Assembly: GCA_963682135.1 (NCBI GenBank)
Contig: OY821645.1
Location: 544,001-608,000, forward strand
Direction of reading: 5' to 3'
Source of the DNA: Methanothrix sp.
Lineage (GTDB): Archaea; Halobacteriota; Methanosarcinia; Methanotrichales; Methanotrichaceae
Length of the DNA stretch: 64,000 nucleotides
In this document: positions 1 to 9,385 of the stretch, one piece after another
How the letters are laid out: each line of letters begins with the position of its first letter
Position numbering within the stretch: position 1 is the stretch's first letter
The notes under the pieces: model-generated
Database searches by the model: none
The model's input: only the letters and a program-made list of their open reading frames with translations
Told to the model about the DNA's origin: nothing
Translations under genes and position numbers: made by a program

Positions 1-924
1 CTGGGCGAGATGCTGGGCTGTCCGGACGCCTCGGGCTATGTCTCCACAGGCGGCACGGAGTCCAACATCCAGGCCATCCGGGCGGCAAGAAATGAGGCAG
101 GAAGAAAAGACGGCAATATCGTAGTTCCCGCCTCTGCCCACTTCTCTTTTGACAAGATCGGAGACCTCCTCTGTCTGGAGGTGCGAAAGGCCGAACTGGA
201 TGAGAGCCTCAAGGTCGATTTATCGTCGGTCGAGTCTTTACTAGACGAGAAGACTGTAGCACTGGTGGGCATCGCCGGGACAACTGAGTTTGGCCAGGTG
301 GACCCGATAGAGCAGTTAGCAAAAATGGCATCAGATCTGGGTATTCATCTGCATGTGGATGCGGCATTCGGCGGTTTTGTCCTACCCTTCCTGGAAAAGA
401 AGTTCGCCTGGGATTTTTCTGTGCCCGGGGTCTCCTCCATCACCATCGATCCGCATAAGATGGGCATGAGCACGATTCCCGCCGGGGGACTGCTCTTTCG
501 CGGACAGGAATGCCTGAGCGCCCTGGAGACGGAGACTCATTATCTCACCAAAGCCCGGCAAGCATCTCTAACCGGCACGAGGAGCGGAGCTGCCGCCGCA
601 GCCACTTATGCCGTGATGATGCACCTGGGCCGAGAAGGCTTCAAGGAGACTGTCGACTACTGTATGGACCTGACGCATCATCTGGTGGCAGGTGCCAGAG
701 AGATCGGCATTCAGCCGACGATCGAGCCTATCATGAATGTGGTGGCATTAGAGGTTCCCTCTCCGGCTAAGGTGCGCGAGGAGCTGATGAAGAGGGATTG
801 GCACGTTTCCATGACCCGTGAGCCCAACCGAGCACTGCGGCTGATACTGATGAAGCATATGACACGAGAAAATATAGATCTGTTTCTGGAGGATCTGCAA
901 GTAGTTTGTCGAAAACTGATTTAG
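1..924 (+). CDS. mfnA: L-tyrosine/L-aspartate decarboxylase (group II PLP decarboxylase), 5'-truncated by window edge
   Basis: Motifs STGGTESN, AHFSFDK, LHVDAAFGG and DPHKMG (PLP Lys); frame open to position 1. Confidence 0.9.
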   Translation: MGEMLGCPDASGYVSTGGTESNIQAIRAARNEAGRKDGNIVVPASAHFSFDKIGDLLCLEVRKAELDESLKVDLSSVESLLDEKTVALVGIAGTTEFGQVDPIEQLAKMASDLGIHLHVDAAFGGFVLPFLEKKFAWDFSVPGVSSITIDPHKMGMSTIPAGGLLFRGQECLSALETETHYLTKARQASLTGTRSGAAAAATYAVMMHLGREGFKETVDYCMDLTHHLVAGAREIGIQPTIEPIMNVVALEVPSPAKVREELMKRDWHVSMTREPNRALRLILMKHMTRENIDLFLEDLQVVCRKLI

Positions 925-989
925 TTTGTAACGAAGCTTCTCAGACAAGCCTTAAAGAATCAAATAGCTGAGGCGAAAGCAAGAGACGG

Positions 990-1403
990 GTGAGCATATT
1001 GTATCTGATATTTATTAGCCATGCTGGCTCTGATACATGGATTGCAAAAAGGATTTCCGAATGCATTGAGAAAAACGGTGCAGATACATTTCTTGATGAG
1101 GCGCAGATAGCTGTTGGCGATGACTTTGAAGATAGAATCTTAGAAGCTCTCGATAAAGCCAATGAGCTACTTGTATATTTTACTCCATGGTCCCTTTTGA
1201 GACCGTATGTCTGGACAGAAATAGGTGCTGCGTGGGGCAAAAGGTTGCCTATAACAGGTGTCCTGCATGGCATAACCCCAGAGGAATTGAGCGCCAAGTC
1301 AGGAATCCCTTTGATGATAAAACAGAGAAACTTAATTGATATAAACGATTTCAGCAAATACCTTTCACAATTGCCCGAAAAAATACAGAGGAAGATATCA
1401 TAA
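990..1403 (+). CDS. Stand-alone TIR-domain protein
   Basis: IFISHA box 1, TFLDE..I..GDDF, and YVWTEIGAA with catalytic Glu; start could be GTG 990 or TTG 999. Confidence 0.85.
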   Translation: MSILYLIFISHAGSDTWIAKRISECIEKNGADTFLDEAQIAVGDDFEDRILEALDKANELLVYFTPWSLLRPYVWTEIGAAWGKRLPITGVLHGITPEELSAKSGIPLMIKQRNLIDINDFSKYLSQLPEKIQRKIS

Positions 1404-1474
1404 TAAACGAGTATGTATTGCTCAGAAATTCATGCAAGGGCTATTTGCATTTAACATAGTCCTAGATTGAATGT

Positions 1475-1945
1475 TTAGCCGCAGGGATGCAGAGAACTGG
1501 CCGCATCCGCAAGCACTGATTTCAATTTACCTGGCTTGTCTTTCTGAGGTATCGAGACAATGCTTCTCGCGATCTCCTCCGCGGTCGATTTGGGGTCTCC
1601 TTTTCTTAGAAATCTTCTCGATCTTACTGGCCCGGGAAGGTCTTCTATCGGCATATCCTCTGAGACAATAGGTATGAGTACTTTTTTCATGGCCAGAGCA
1701 GCACCTAACTCCGCCGCAGCCCAATTTGAATTCACTGTATCAGGAGTTAATAGCATTACGATGTATCTGCTATCTCTTAAACCTTCTTCCAGCCCACCTA
1801 GTATCGAATCACCAGGTTTGATATTGGTCTCATCATACCAAACACAGAGGCCCTTATTGGATAGTGCTTCAACGAGACTATTTACCCAATCTCGGTCTTT
1901 GTTTGCGTAGGAGATGAAAACGTCGTATTTCTCAGACATCATCAA
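1475..1945 (-). CDS. Stand-alone TIR-domain protein
   Basis: YDVFISYA..D, VWYDE..IKPGDSI, and SNWAAAELGAA with catalytic Glu. Confidence 0.9.
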   Translation of the reverse strand: MMMSEKYDVFISYANKDRDWVNSLVEALSNKGLCVWYDETNIKPGDSILGGLEEGLRDSRYIVMLLTPDTVNSNWAAAELGAALAMKKVLIPIVSEDMPIEDLPGPVRSRRFLRKGDPKSTAEEIARSIVSIPQKDKPGKLKSVLADAASSLHPCG

Positions 1946-2109
1946 TTCTCCGAATCATACCACCTTCAACGAATTTAGCATTGGATACTTAGGTGGTTCA
2001 TTCTGCCTATTAATTAAACCTATGCGCTTGTATTATTATGTACCTGCTAAAACAAATATGTACTGGTTGGAGAAAACCAGTGAAACCAAATAGACCATTA
2101 AAATACAAA

Positions 2110-2331
2110 TTAGACCTTATGACCGATGGCAAAGCGTCTCATTACCTTCTCGATCTGGATCTTGACAACGTCGCCTACCTTGGTATCGGCCACGAAGATC
2201 ACAAATCCTTCTACTCGGGCAATGCCGTCGCCTTCTCGGGCAATGTCCTCAATATTAACATCGTACTCTTTTCCGACCTCTACCGGGGCAGGAGTGCCCA
2301 TGGCGGATCGATCTGCGTTATAATCTGCCAA
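2110..2331 (-). CDS. Single TRAM-domain RNA chaperone
   Basis: APVEVGKEYDVNIEDIAREGDGIARVEGFVIFV is the archaeal TRAM signature. Confidence 0.92.
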   Translation of the reverse strand: MADYNADRSAMGTPAPVEVGKEYDVNIEDIAREGDGIARVEGFVIFVADTKVGDVVKIQIEKVMRRFAIGHKV

Positions 2332-2523
2332 AATACGTCACCGTCCTTGAAAAGCAATCAGATTTTATGGCCTCAGGCGAAGCGCAACATTGCCATTCTT
2401 CACTATCCTTAGCGATAAGCCACAAGATCATATTTCGCGATCAGCTCCCTCGTTATCCGACTATTAAATCCTTTTGCTCATCCTATGCCAATTTATTTCT
2501 GCTAGGATGCTGCTCTCTCGTAT

Positions 2524-3420
2524 ATGGACTACCTGGATAGATACAGGGAAATTGTGCCGGATTATGCTGCCTTCCGGTCCATTCAATGCCTGCCTCTCTA
2601 CAATTCCGCCCGCATCAATACTCTGAAGATAGAGAGAGAAAAGCTCCTGGAAAGGCTGGAAGAAGAGGGCGTGCTCTACAAGAGCTTTCCATGGTATAAT
2701 CTGGGCCTGAAGCTGGATATGGAGAGCCCCGGCAAGCTGCTGGAAAACCTCCAGGGGTTCATCCACATCCAGGAGGAGCTATCCATGGTCCCGCCCCTGG
2801 TGCTTGACCCACAGCCCGGTGAGAGCGTCCTGGACCTGTGCGCCTCTCCCGGCAGCAAGACCACGCAGATCTCGCAGATGATGGAAAATCAGGGTCTCGT
2901 AATCGCCAATGAGCCATCTTTGGCAAGAGTTGCTCCCCTGCGCTCGAACTGCGAGCGGTTGGGAGTGATAAATGTGGCAGTCACCCGCTATGATGGCCGC
3001 AATTTTCCTCGCGGCCCATTCGACAGGGTTCTGGTGGATGCCCCCTGCTCCAGCGAGGGCCGGGAGAGAAGAGGGCCTGGGGTTTTATCCAGATGCAGCA
3101 GGGAAAGATCCCTTGATTTGGGGATACTGCAGATCTCTCTTCTCAAGAACGCCCTGCGCCTGACCAAGCCGGGTGGTGTCGTGGTCTACTCCACCTGCAC
3201 CTATGCCCCGGAAGAAAACGAGCTGGTAGTGCAGGAGGTACTGGAGGATACAGAGGATCTCCGATTGGAGAAGGTCAGTATTGCTGGCCTTCGGGAGTGT
3301 CCGGGAATCACAGAGTGGAACGGCAAAAGGCTGAACGATGCCCTTTCATGCACCGCCCGCTACTATCCACATATCAATGATACGGGAGGTTTCTATGTCG
3401 CCAAGATCATCAAGAATTAG
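2524..3420 (+). CDS. RsmB/NOP2/NSUN family RNA m5C methyltransferase
   Basis: VLDLCASPGSKT, VLVDAPCS and VYSTCT..PEENE motifs. Confidence 0.92.
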   Translation: MDYLDRYREIVPDYAAFRSIQCLPLYNSARINTLKIEREKLLERLEEEGVLYKSFPWYNLGLKLDMESPGKLLENLQGFIHIQEELSMVPPLVLDPQPGESVLDLCASPGSKTTQISQMMENQGLVIANEPSLARVAPLRSNCERLGVINVAVTRYDGRNFPRGPFDRVLVDAPCSSEGRERRGPGVLSRCSRERSLDLGILQISLLKNALRLTKPGGVVVYSTCTYAPEENELVVQEVLEDTEDLRLEKVSIAGLRECPGITEWNGKRLNDALSCTARYYPHINDTGGFYVAKIIKN

Positions 3421-3889
3421 GAATATATTTGAGCCGCTGGATAAGTCTCTCGTAGCAAAGGTTTGGCAAGAGCGGTTCGGCTTTTCAGATCAGGCATTTG
3501 CCGGATGCAAATTCTTCCGGAAATCTAACAGCATCTGGGTTATTAACGATGTAGATCTGCCCGCTCTCAGCTACGAATCTTTGGGAATGCGCATCATGAG
3601 CTGCAAGGATCGCCCGTGGAAGCCTACCACCTCGGCTCTGCAGATCTTTGGCAGATATGCCACCAAGAATATTATTCATCTTAATCGAGAAGAAGCCATG
3701 ATTTTCCTGGAGGGAGGCAGTCAGCCTATCGAATCGGAATGTGAGAATGGCTATGTGGTGGTTTTTTATAGAGGGGATGTGCTTGGGTGCGGTCTATACT
3801 CACACGGCAAGCTTGTCTCTCAAATTCCCAAAGAAAGAAGAATGGCAAGCAGTGTCAAGGGCGCCGAATGTGAAGCTTGGAGAGAGTGA
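3338..3889 (+). CDS. RsmF C-terminal/NIP7-PUA-like accessory protein (true start probably ~3395)
   Basis: Overlaps the methyltransferase end; KPTTSALQIFG..ATKN and GYVVV...GDVLGCG resemble a PUA-like region. Confidence 0.65.
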   Translation: MPFHAPPATIHISMIREVSMSPRSSRIRNIFEPLDKSLVAKVWQERFGFSDQAFAGCKFFRKSNSIWVINDVDLPALSYESLGMRIMSCKDRPWKPTTSALQIFGRYATKNIIHLNREEAMIFLEGGSQPIESECENGYVVVFYRGDVLGCGLYSHGKLVSQIPKERRMASSVKGAECEAWRE

Positions 3890-3898
3890 GAATCCTAA

Positions 3899-4957
3899 AT
3901 GACCTCGGAAGTCTCGGATACTGCGGAAACGGTCTTATTTCCTGCAAAACCATATTCCGATCAAATTGAACTGAAAAAGCTTTGGCAGCAGCCCCTGCGC
4001 CTCTTTCGCCTGGCCAATGCCCTGCGGGAAAAAAGCTGTCAGGATGCCGTTTCATTTGTCATAAACCGAAATATCAACTTCACCAATGAATGCACTGGGA
4101 CATGCAAATTCTGCTCTTTCAAGCACAGTAGCATCTATTTCCTTACAGATGAGCAAATTTTGCAGCGCACCGGGGAGGCTGAGAAGCTGGGTGCAACAGA
4201 GATCTGTCTGCAAGGTGGGCTTGCCCCAAAAATGCATCTGGAGGACTACTGCCAGATCCTGGAGCTTATACATCGCGACTTTCCCAGGATGCATCTGCAT
4301 GCCTACTCTCCCATGGAAGTGCTGCACATGTCACAAAACTCCCGTGTTGAGGCAAAAGAGGCCATGCAGGAGTTAAAAAGAAGTGGCCTTGGCTCCATGC
4401 CGGGAACTGCCGCTGAGATTCTTGTCGACTCTGTGCGCCAGAAGATCTGCCCGAATAAGCTTAAGACTGAGAAGTGGCGGCAGATAATCACCGCTGCGCA
4501 TATGCTGGCAATTCCCACCACCTCGACCATGCTCTTTGGCCATGTTGAGAGTCTGGAGGATCGCCTAAGCCACCTGCAAATCCTAAAAGAGATCCAGTGT
4601 GAGACGGGAGGATTCACAGAGATGGTTCTGCTTCCCTTCATTGCGGATAATAATATGCTCGGCAAGATTGCCAGAGGTGCCGATCTCTTGGATCGTCTTA
4701 AGATGCATGCTCTGGCCAGGGTTGCTCTTTATCCCAACATCACCAACATCCAGGCAAGCTGGACCAAATTGGGCCGCGAAGCCGCTGCTGCCGCTTTGGA
4801 TTGGGGAGCCAATGACCTGGGCGGCACGCTCATGGATGAGGGAATCGCCCGCAATTCCAAGGAAGCACCCAGTATTTCTGCAGAGGAGCTCTCAGAGCTG
4901 ATAGAAGGACGGGGAAAGAGGGCGGTGCAGAGGACTACCCTTTACGAAAGAGCATAA
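3899..4957 (+). CDS. cofH: FO synthase subunit 2 (radical SAM, CofH/MqnC family)
   Basis: NRNINFTNECTGTCKFCSF, SMPGTAAEIL, NIQASW, GANDLGGTLM and QRTTLY. Confidence 0.85.
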   Translation: MTSEVSDTAETVLFPAKPYSDQIELKKLWQQPLRLFRLANALREKSCQDAVSFVINRNINFTNECTGTCKFCSFKHSSIYFLTDEQILQRTGEAEKLGATEICLQGGLAPKMHLEDYCQILELIHRDFPRMHLHAYSPMEVLHMSQNSRVEAKEAMQELKRSGLGSMPGTAAEILVDSVRQKICPNKLKTEKWRQIITAAHMLAIPTTSTMLFGHVESLEDRLSHLQILKEIQCETGGFTEMVLLPFIADNNMLGKIARGADLLDRLKMHALARVALYPNITNIQASWTKLGREAAAAALDWGANDLGGTLMDEGIARNSKEAPSISAEELSELIEGRGKRAVQRTTLYERA

Positions 4958-5043
4958 TCTGTGCGTCCGTCATCTGTGTGTCTGACCGACTGATTTTCAT
5001 TTATTGAAATGATCGTAAAATGCGACGATAAGCTTTACATATT

Positions 5044-5889
5044 TTGACGATACACTTCCTCATGGTGGGGCTCATTAGAAAAATAATAGTCATCATGTTA
5101 ATCGCTTTGCTTGCTTTTATCAACACATGGTCGGTATCTGCTAAGGATGTCACCGTCTCAGGATCATCAACCGTGATGCCTTTGGCTGAGGTTGCGGCAG
5201 AGGAATTCAATATTCAGCAGAAGGATTATGTGGTGACGGTTTCCGCCGGAGGGACTGGTGCCGGAATTCTGGGCATTGCCGAGCGCAAGAATGACATCGC
5301 TATGGCCTCGCGTGAGATAACCGAGGACGAAAGGAAGAGATTTGGCGATTCCTTTGAGGAGTTCCTGGTGGGCCTGGACGGCATCAGCCTGGCGGTGAGC
5401 GATGAGGTATATCAGTCCGGCGTCAAGGGATTGAGCAGAGATCAGGTCAAAGATATCTATTCCGGAAACATCACCAACTGGAAGGAGCTCGGCGGCCCGG
5501 ATACAGATATCTATGTGATATCACGTGAAGAGGGTTCCGGAACTCGCGACAGCTTCAATGAGGTCGTCTTGGGCCGCAAAGATGCCGAGATGCCGGGCGT
5601 TGATACCGTGGCCTTTGGTGGGGCCGAGGTCAAGACTGCTATTTCGGGAAGCGACAAGGCAATAGGCTATCTGGGTTTCAACTATTTGGGGGGCGGAGTT
5701 GCAGGCATAGCCTTTAATGGAATCACGCCCACCTATGAAAATATAAAGTTGGATCTCTATGAACTGCATCGGCATCTATACTTCTATACCTTCGGAAAGC
5801 CTACAAACGGGGCTCAGGCATTCATAGACTTTGTGCAAGGGCCAGAGGGCCAGAAGATCGCTGCGGATGAGGGTTTCATACCAATCTAA
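5044..5889 (+). CDS. pstS: Phosphate ABC transporter substrate-binding protein
   Basis: Signal peptide; SGSSTVMP, GGTGAGI, DIAMASR and REEGSGTR. Confidence 0.88.
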   Translation: MTIHFLMVGLIRKIIVIMLIALLAFINTWSVSAKDVTVSGSSTVMPLAEVAAEEFNIQQKDYVVTVSAGGTGAGILGIAERKNDIAMASREITEDERKRFGDSFEEFLVGLDGISLAVSDEVYQSGVKGLSRDQVKDIYSGNITNWKELGGPDTDIYVISREEGSGTRDSFNEVVLGRKDAEMPGVDTVAFGGAEVKTAISGSDKAIGYLGFNYLGGGVAGIAFNGITPTYENIKLDLYELHRHLYFYTFGKPTNGAQAFIDFVQGPEGQKIAADEGFIPI

Positions 5890-5927
5890 ACATCAACCTT
5901 ACATAATAGTATGGCAAATCACATCTG

Positions 5928-6761
5928 ATGAGAGCCGAAAGCATGCTGTCTATATTGTTGCTGTTTTTCATCATGGCCATAGCGCCCGGTGAAGCCAGAG
6001 AGGTAACGGTTGCAGTTTCAGGGTCCAGCACGGTCATGCCCATGGCAGAGCTCGCTGCCGAGGAGTTTAATATGCTGCAGGACGATTACAAAGTAAATGT
6101 GAAATCGGGTGGCAGCGGTGTAGGCATCGTAGACGTAGCTGAAGGCAGATCGGATATTGCCATGAGCTCCCGAGAGATCAAACTGGAAGAGCGGCAAAGG
6201 TATGAGACACCAATAGTCCGTTTTATGGAGATACCGGTAGGTTTTGATGCCATATGCCTGGTGATCAGTCCGGATGTTTATAATGAGGGAGTGACATCGC
6301 TCACCAAGGATGAGGTTAAACGGATCTATTCCGGAGATATAACCAACTGGGAAGAGCTTGGCGGGCCGAACACGGAAATATTCGCTATTGGCAGAAGGCC
6401 AGGCTCGGGAACCAGAGATACCTTCAATGAGATCATAATGGGAAGCCGAGAAGCTGAAACTCCTGCAGTATCTTATGATGCAGGGGAGAGCTCGGAGGTT
6501 AAGTTCAGTACGCAGCGCAGCCGCAATGCTATCGGCTATATGGGGTACAGCTTCGTCATGAAGGGAGACACCAAGGTGATTGCTCTTGATGGCGTCCAGC
6601 CCTCGATTGAGACCATAAAGAGTGGTGCTTATCCGCTGGCCAGAAAGCTATTCTTTATCACTTTGGGAGAGCCCTCCCCCGGTGCCAATGCTTTTATCGA
6701 TTATCTTCTAAGCCCTGAAGGTCAGCAGATAGCTGTAGATAACGGTTTCATACCGATCTGA
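5928..6761 (+). CDS. pstS: Phosphate ABC transporter substrate-binding protein, paralog 2
   Basis: SGSSTVMP, GGSGVGI, DIAMSSR, RRPGSGTR and YPLARKLF. Confidence 0.88.
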   Translation: MRAESMLSILLLFFIMAIAPGEAREVTVAVSGSSTVMPMAELAAEEFNMLQDDYKVNVKSGGSGVGIVDVAEGRSDIAMSSREIKLEERQRYETPIVRFMEIPVGFDAICLVISPDVYNEGVTSLTKDEVKRIYSGDITNWEELGGPNTEIFAIGRRPGSGTRDTFNEIIMGSREAETPAVSYDAGESSEVKFSTQRSRNAIGYMGYSFVMKGDTKVIALDGVQPSIETIKSGAYPLARKLFFITLGEPSPGANAFIDYLLSPEGQQIAVDNGFIPI

Positions 6762-7085
6762 GATCGGCGCGATCTAATTTTTTCTGATCATTCCGGAGCA
6801 CTTGCAGAATCAGAGCGGTGGCATCTATTATTCATCTTCGATCTGCTCTCTGCTCTTTTACGCAAAGCTATATCTAGAATTCACGCTTATTATTCATGTA
6901 GAACAGGGAATACCTTGATAAATAATCGCGGATAATAGTATAGTCAATCTGTAAGTGGTGTTCACGGATCGGTTCAATAGATTCATGCCGTCGGTTATTG
7001 TCAATCATGCACCTCATCCCTCATTATTACACTGGAAAACATAGCCTGAGAAGGACCGACGCTTTGGAGGAGCACCCGGCAAAAA

Positions 7086-7916
7086 ATGCTATCTGCAAAG
7101 GAGATGAATAAGATGCAAATAAGAAAATGGTTCGGAGCGTCTCTGCTTTTAATATTTTTGGCTGCACTTGCACTTATCCCATGGTTGGCATGCGCTCAGA
7201 CTTCATGCCCTGAGGGATGCAGCTGCATCACTGTGGCCGGCGCAAACCAGCAGTTCGGCGAAGGAAATTTTGATAGGTGTCAGGCAAATCCCTGTGGTGA
7301 AGAGAGGTCACCTACTGGAGCTATGCTTCTTAAGTATTGCTTCAAGTCCAAATGTCCCCAGGGCTGCAGTTGCATGACCGAGGAGAAGGCCAAAGAGATG
7401 GGATACAACCTCTGTTCCGGTCAGAGGATTCCCTGCGGTTATGACCAGTTTAAGAGGCCATTGTATTGCTTCTCGCCCGCCGTCCGGTGTCCGGATGATT
7501 GCCAATGCCTGACGGAAGAGGGGGCCAAGAAGCTGGGGTACGATAAATTCTGCGGGAACGAGAAGAAGGAATGCGGCAAAGATCCTCGCGGATACCCGAA
7601 ATTCTGCTATCAGATTCCCCCCGTCGCCTGTCCTACGGGGTGTGTCTGCGCCAGCAAAGAGGAAGCCGCAGCAAAAGGACTCAAGGACAACTGTCTGGAT
7701 GCCAATGGCAAACCAATTGTCTGCGGCACAATAGACGTCCAGGCAGGATTATTCAGGTACTGCTTTAGGGCGCCGGAGCCGCTCCGGTGCTGGTACGACT
7801 ACTCCTTGGGAAAATGCGTGGGCGGCTGCTCTGACGGAAAGATGTGTCAGTTGAATACTATAAAACGGGATCCCAAGACCATGAAGGTGACATTCGCGGA
7901 GTGCCATTGCAAGTGA
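7086..7916 (+). CDS. Secreted cysteine-rich repeat protein (likely start 7113)
   Basis: Signal peptide followed by four CPxxCxC...A...G...C...CG...YC units. Confidence 0.75.
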   Translation: MLSAKEMNKMQIRKWFGASLLLIFLAALALIPWLACAQTSCPEGCSCITVAGANQQFGEGNFDRCQANPCGEERSPTGAMLLKYCFKSKCPQGCSCMTEEKAKEMGYNLCSGQRIPCGYDQFKRPLYCFSPAVRCPDDCQCLTEEGAKKLGYDKFCGNEKKECGKDPRGYPKFCYQIPPVACPTGCVCASKEEAAAKGLKDNCLDANGKPIVCGTIDVQAGLFRYCFRAPEPLRCWYDYSLGKCVGGCSDGKMCQLNTIKRDPKTMKVTFAECHCK

Positions 7917-7966
7917 TGATATCGAGGGGAGGTTCTCACCCAGATTTTTTCATATTATCATCTTTT

Positions 7967-8116
7967 CTATTTTTCCAGATCTCCAATATCCAATCCAGCT
8001 TGTTTTAAAATTCCATTCAATGTCCCTTTCTTCAATTCGTCATGAAGTGGAACCGAAAAAACTTTTTCATTCTTTATCAATTGTATGCCCGAGAGGATCG
8101 GCAATCTAGCAGACAT
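7967..8116 (-). pseudogene. hicA: HicA-family toxin with internal deletion (49 aa, not in ORF track)
   Basis: My translation: MSARLPILSGIQLIK/NEKVFSVPLHDELKKGTLNGILKQAGL. HicA N- and C-terminal motifs are present, the central GF..RQxGSH segment is missing, and it overlaps the hicB stop. Confidence 0.75.
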
Positions 8117-8327
8117 CTGCAAGATCTACCTGGAAGACCTCAGCATTGGTTCGATTCAGGCTTTCCATATCTTCTCTCAGCAATTCCAGAATAAAACCGA
8201 TGGCCTCCTTTATGTTCTCGATGGCTTCCCACCTGGTCTCGCCTTGAGTAATAGCGCCGGGAAGTTCCAGGCAGCGGGCTGTAAAGCCGCCTTCGTCCTG
8301 AGGTTCAAGAACGACCGTGTATTTCAT
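8106..8327 (-). CDS. hicB: HicB-family antitoxin
   Basis: YTVVLEPQDEGGFTARCLELPGAITQGET..EA..NIKEAI. Confidence 0.9.
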   Translation of the reverse strand: MKYTVVLEPQDEGGFTARCLELPGAITQGETRWEAIENIKEAIGFILELLREDMESLNRTNAEVFQVDLADVC

Positions 8328-8393
8328 GAACCAAGCCTTAGTCTCCTTGGAATTTAAGAATTTTCATGGATGAGGAAAAATGGAAACGACTTT

Positions 8394-8845
8394 TCAGCCC
8401 GGCCCATCGATAAGCCGCAGGTAGCACACCACCGAGACCACCAGCGGCGCAAACCCGGCCAGGAGGGCCCAGTAGGCCCGCTTCAGATTTCTGTGCTTGT
8501 AGCCTACCAGTTCCCGGTAGAACTCTTCGGCAAGCTGCGGCGAGCTCTGGTTCGTCTCGTAATTCTTCGGCGTGAATACCCGCACGGCAAAAAAGAGGCA
8601 GACCAGCCACAGGACGATAGGCAACACAAACAGGCCGATCCGAAGCCAAGCTTCCGGGCCCTGCACGACCATGACCTTGCGCAGGTCGCTAAAGAGATAG
8701 CAGCAAAGTAGATGCCTTCTACCAGGGTCACGGCTGCGATGAGCTGCTTGGCCGCCTCCTCCAGAGAGGCGACTGAATCACGCACCGCGGTGCGGGCAGT
8801 CTCCAGCCAGAATTCGTCCATCTCGGTGACGGGCTAGGCGATACC
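8394..8845 (-). pseudogene. Degenerate duplicate of the 3-TM gene at 9386-9862
   Basis: Near-identical DNA to 9386-9840, with a 1-nt deletion near 8690, GAG>TAG near 8835 and no start codon. Confidence 0.9.
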
Positions 8846-8903
8846 GTGCATCTCTCTCTTCTTTTCGCAATCCTTATAGCCTAACAGCGAGAGATTACCT
8901 ATT

Positions 8904-9068
8904 ATGGCAGGAGCAACAGAGAAAGCCGTCATCCAGGATGTCAATGAGGCCGCCCTACAGGAGTTTGAGGCGGGCCTTGCCCGAAGCATCAAGCAGTACA
9001 AAGCAGGTCAGGTCAAGACATTCAAGACCAAAGAGGAATTCATAAACCATCTCAAGAACCTTGAGTAA
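8904..9068 (+). CDS. Putative RelB-like antitoxin (54 aa, not in ORF track)
   Basis: My translation: MAGATEKAVIQDVNEAALQEFEAGLARSIKQYKAGQVKTFKTKEEFINHLKNLE; ends 5 bp before the RelE-like gene. Confidence 0.7.
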   Translation: MAGATEKAVIQDVNEAALQEFEAGLARSIKQYKAGQVKTFKTKEEFINHLKNLE

Positions 9069-9073
9069 GATAC

Positions 9074-9364
9074 ATGGATTACGATTCCACACCAGAGTTC
9101 GATGATCAGTTTTTGAGTCTCACCCGGAAGAATAAAGCTCTTGAAGCAAGACTTCTCAAGAAAATCAACCAGATTTTCCATAATCCTTTCATCGGCGATC
9201 CAAAACGTCACGAATTGAAGCACGCCCGCGGCTCTCATGTGGACCCCTATGTAATCGTCTATGTGGTTAAGGATGACATAATCACATTTCTATATGTAGA
9301 CCACCATGATTTTGTCTATGGCAAAGCTGCAGAAATCATGAAGAAATGGGAAAGTGAGATTTAG
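9074..9364 (+). CDS. RelE/YafQ-superfamily toxin
   Basis: TPEF...F..L, KINQIFHNP..G.P...LKHARGSHVDPYVIVY and DHHD.VY. Confidence 0.8.
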   Translation: MDYDSTPEFDDQFLSLTRKNKALEARLLKKINQIFHNPFIGDPKRHELKHARGSHVDPYVIVYVVKDDIITFLYVDHHDFVYGKAAEIMKKWESEI

Positions 9365-9385
9365 CCCCCCCACCTGTGGAAGCCT

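Noticed and set aside
990-1945. Complete Thoeris system
   Set aside because: No adjacent ThsA-type effector; the SIR2 at 44 kb is fused to a STAND domain, not SLOG.
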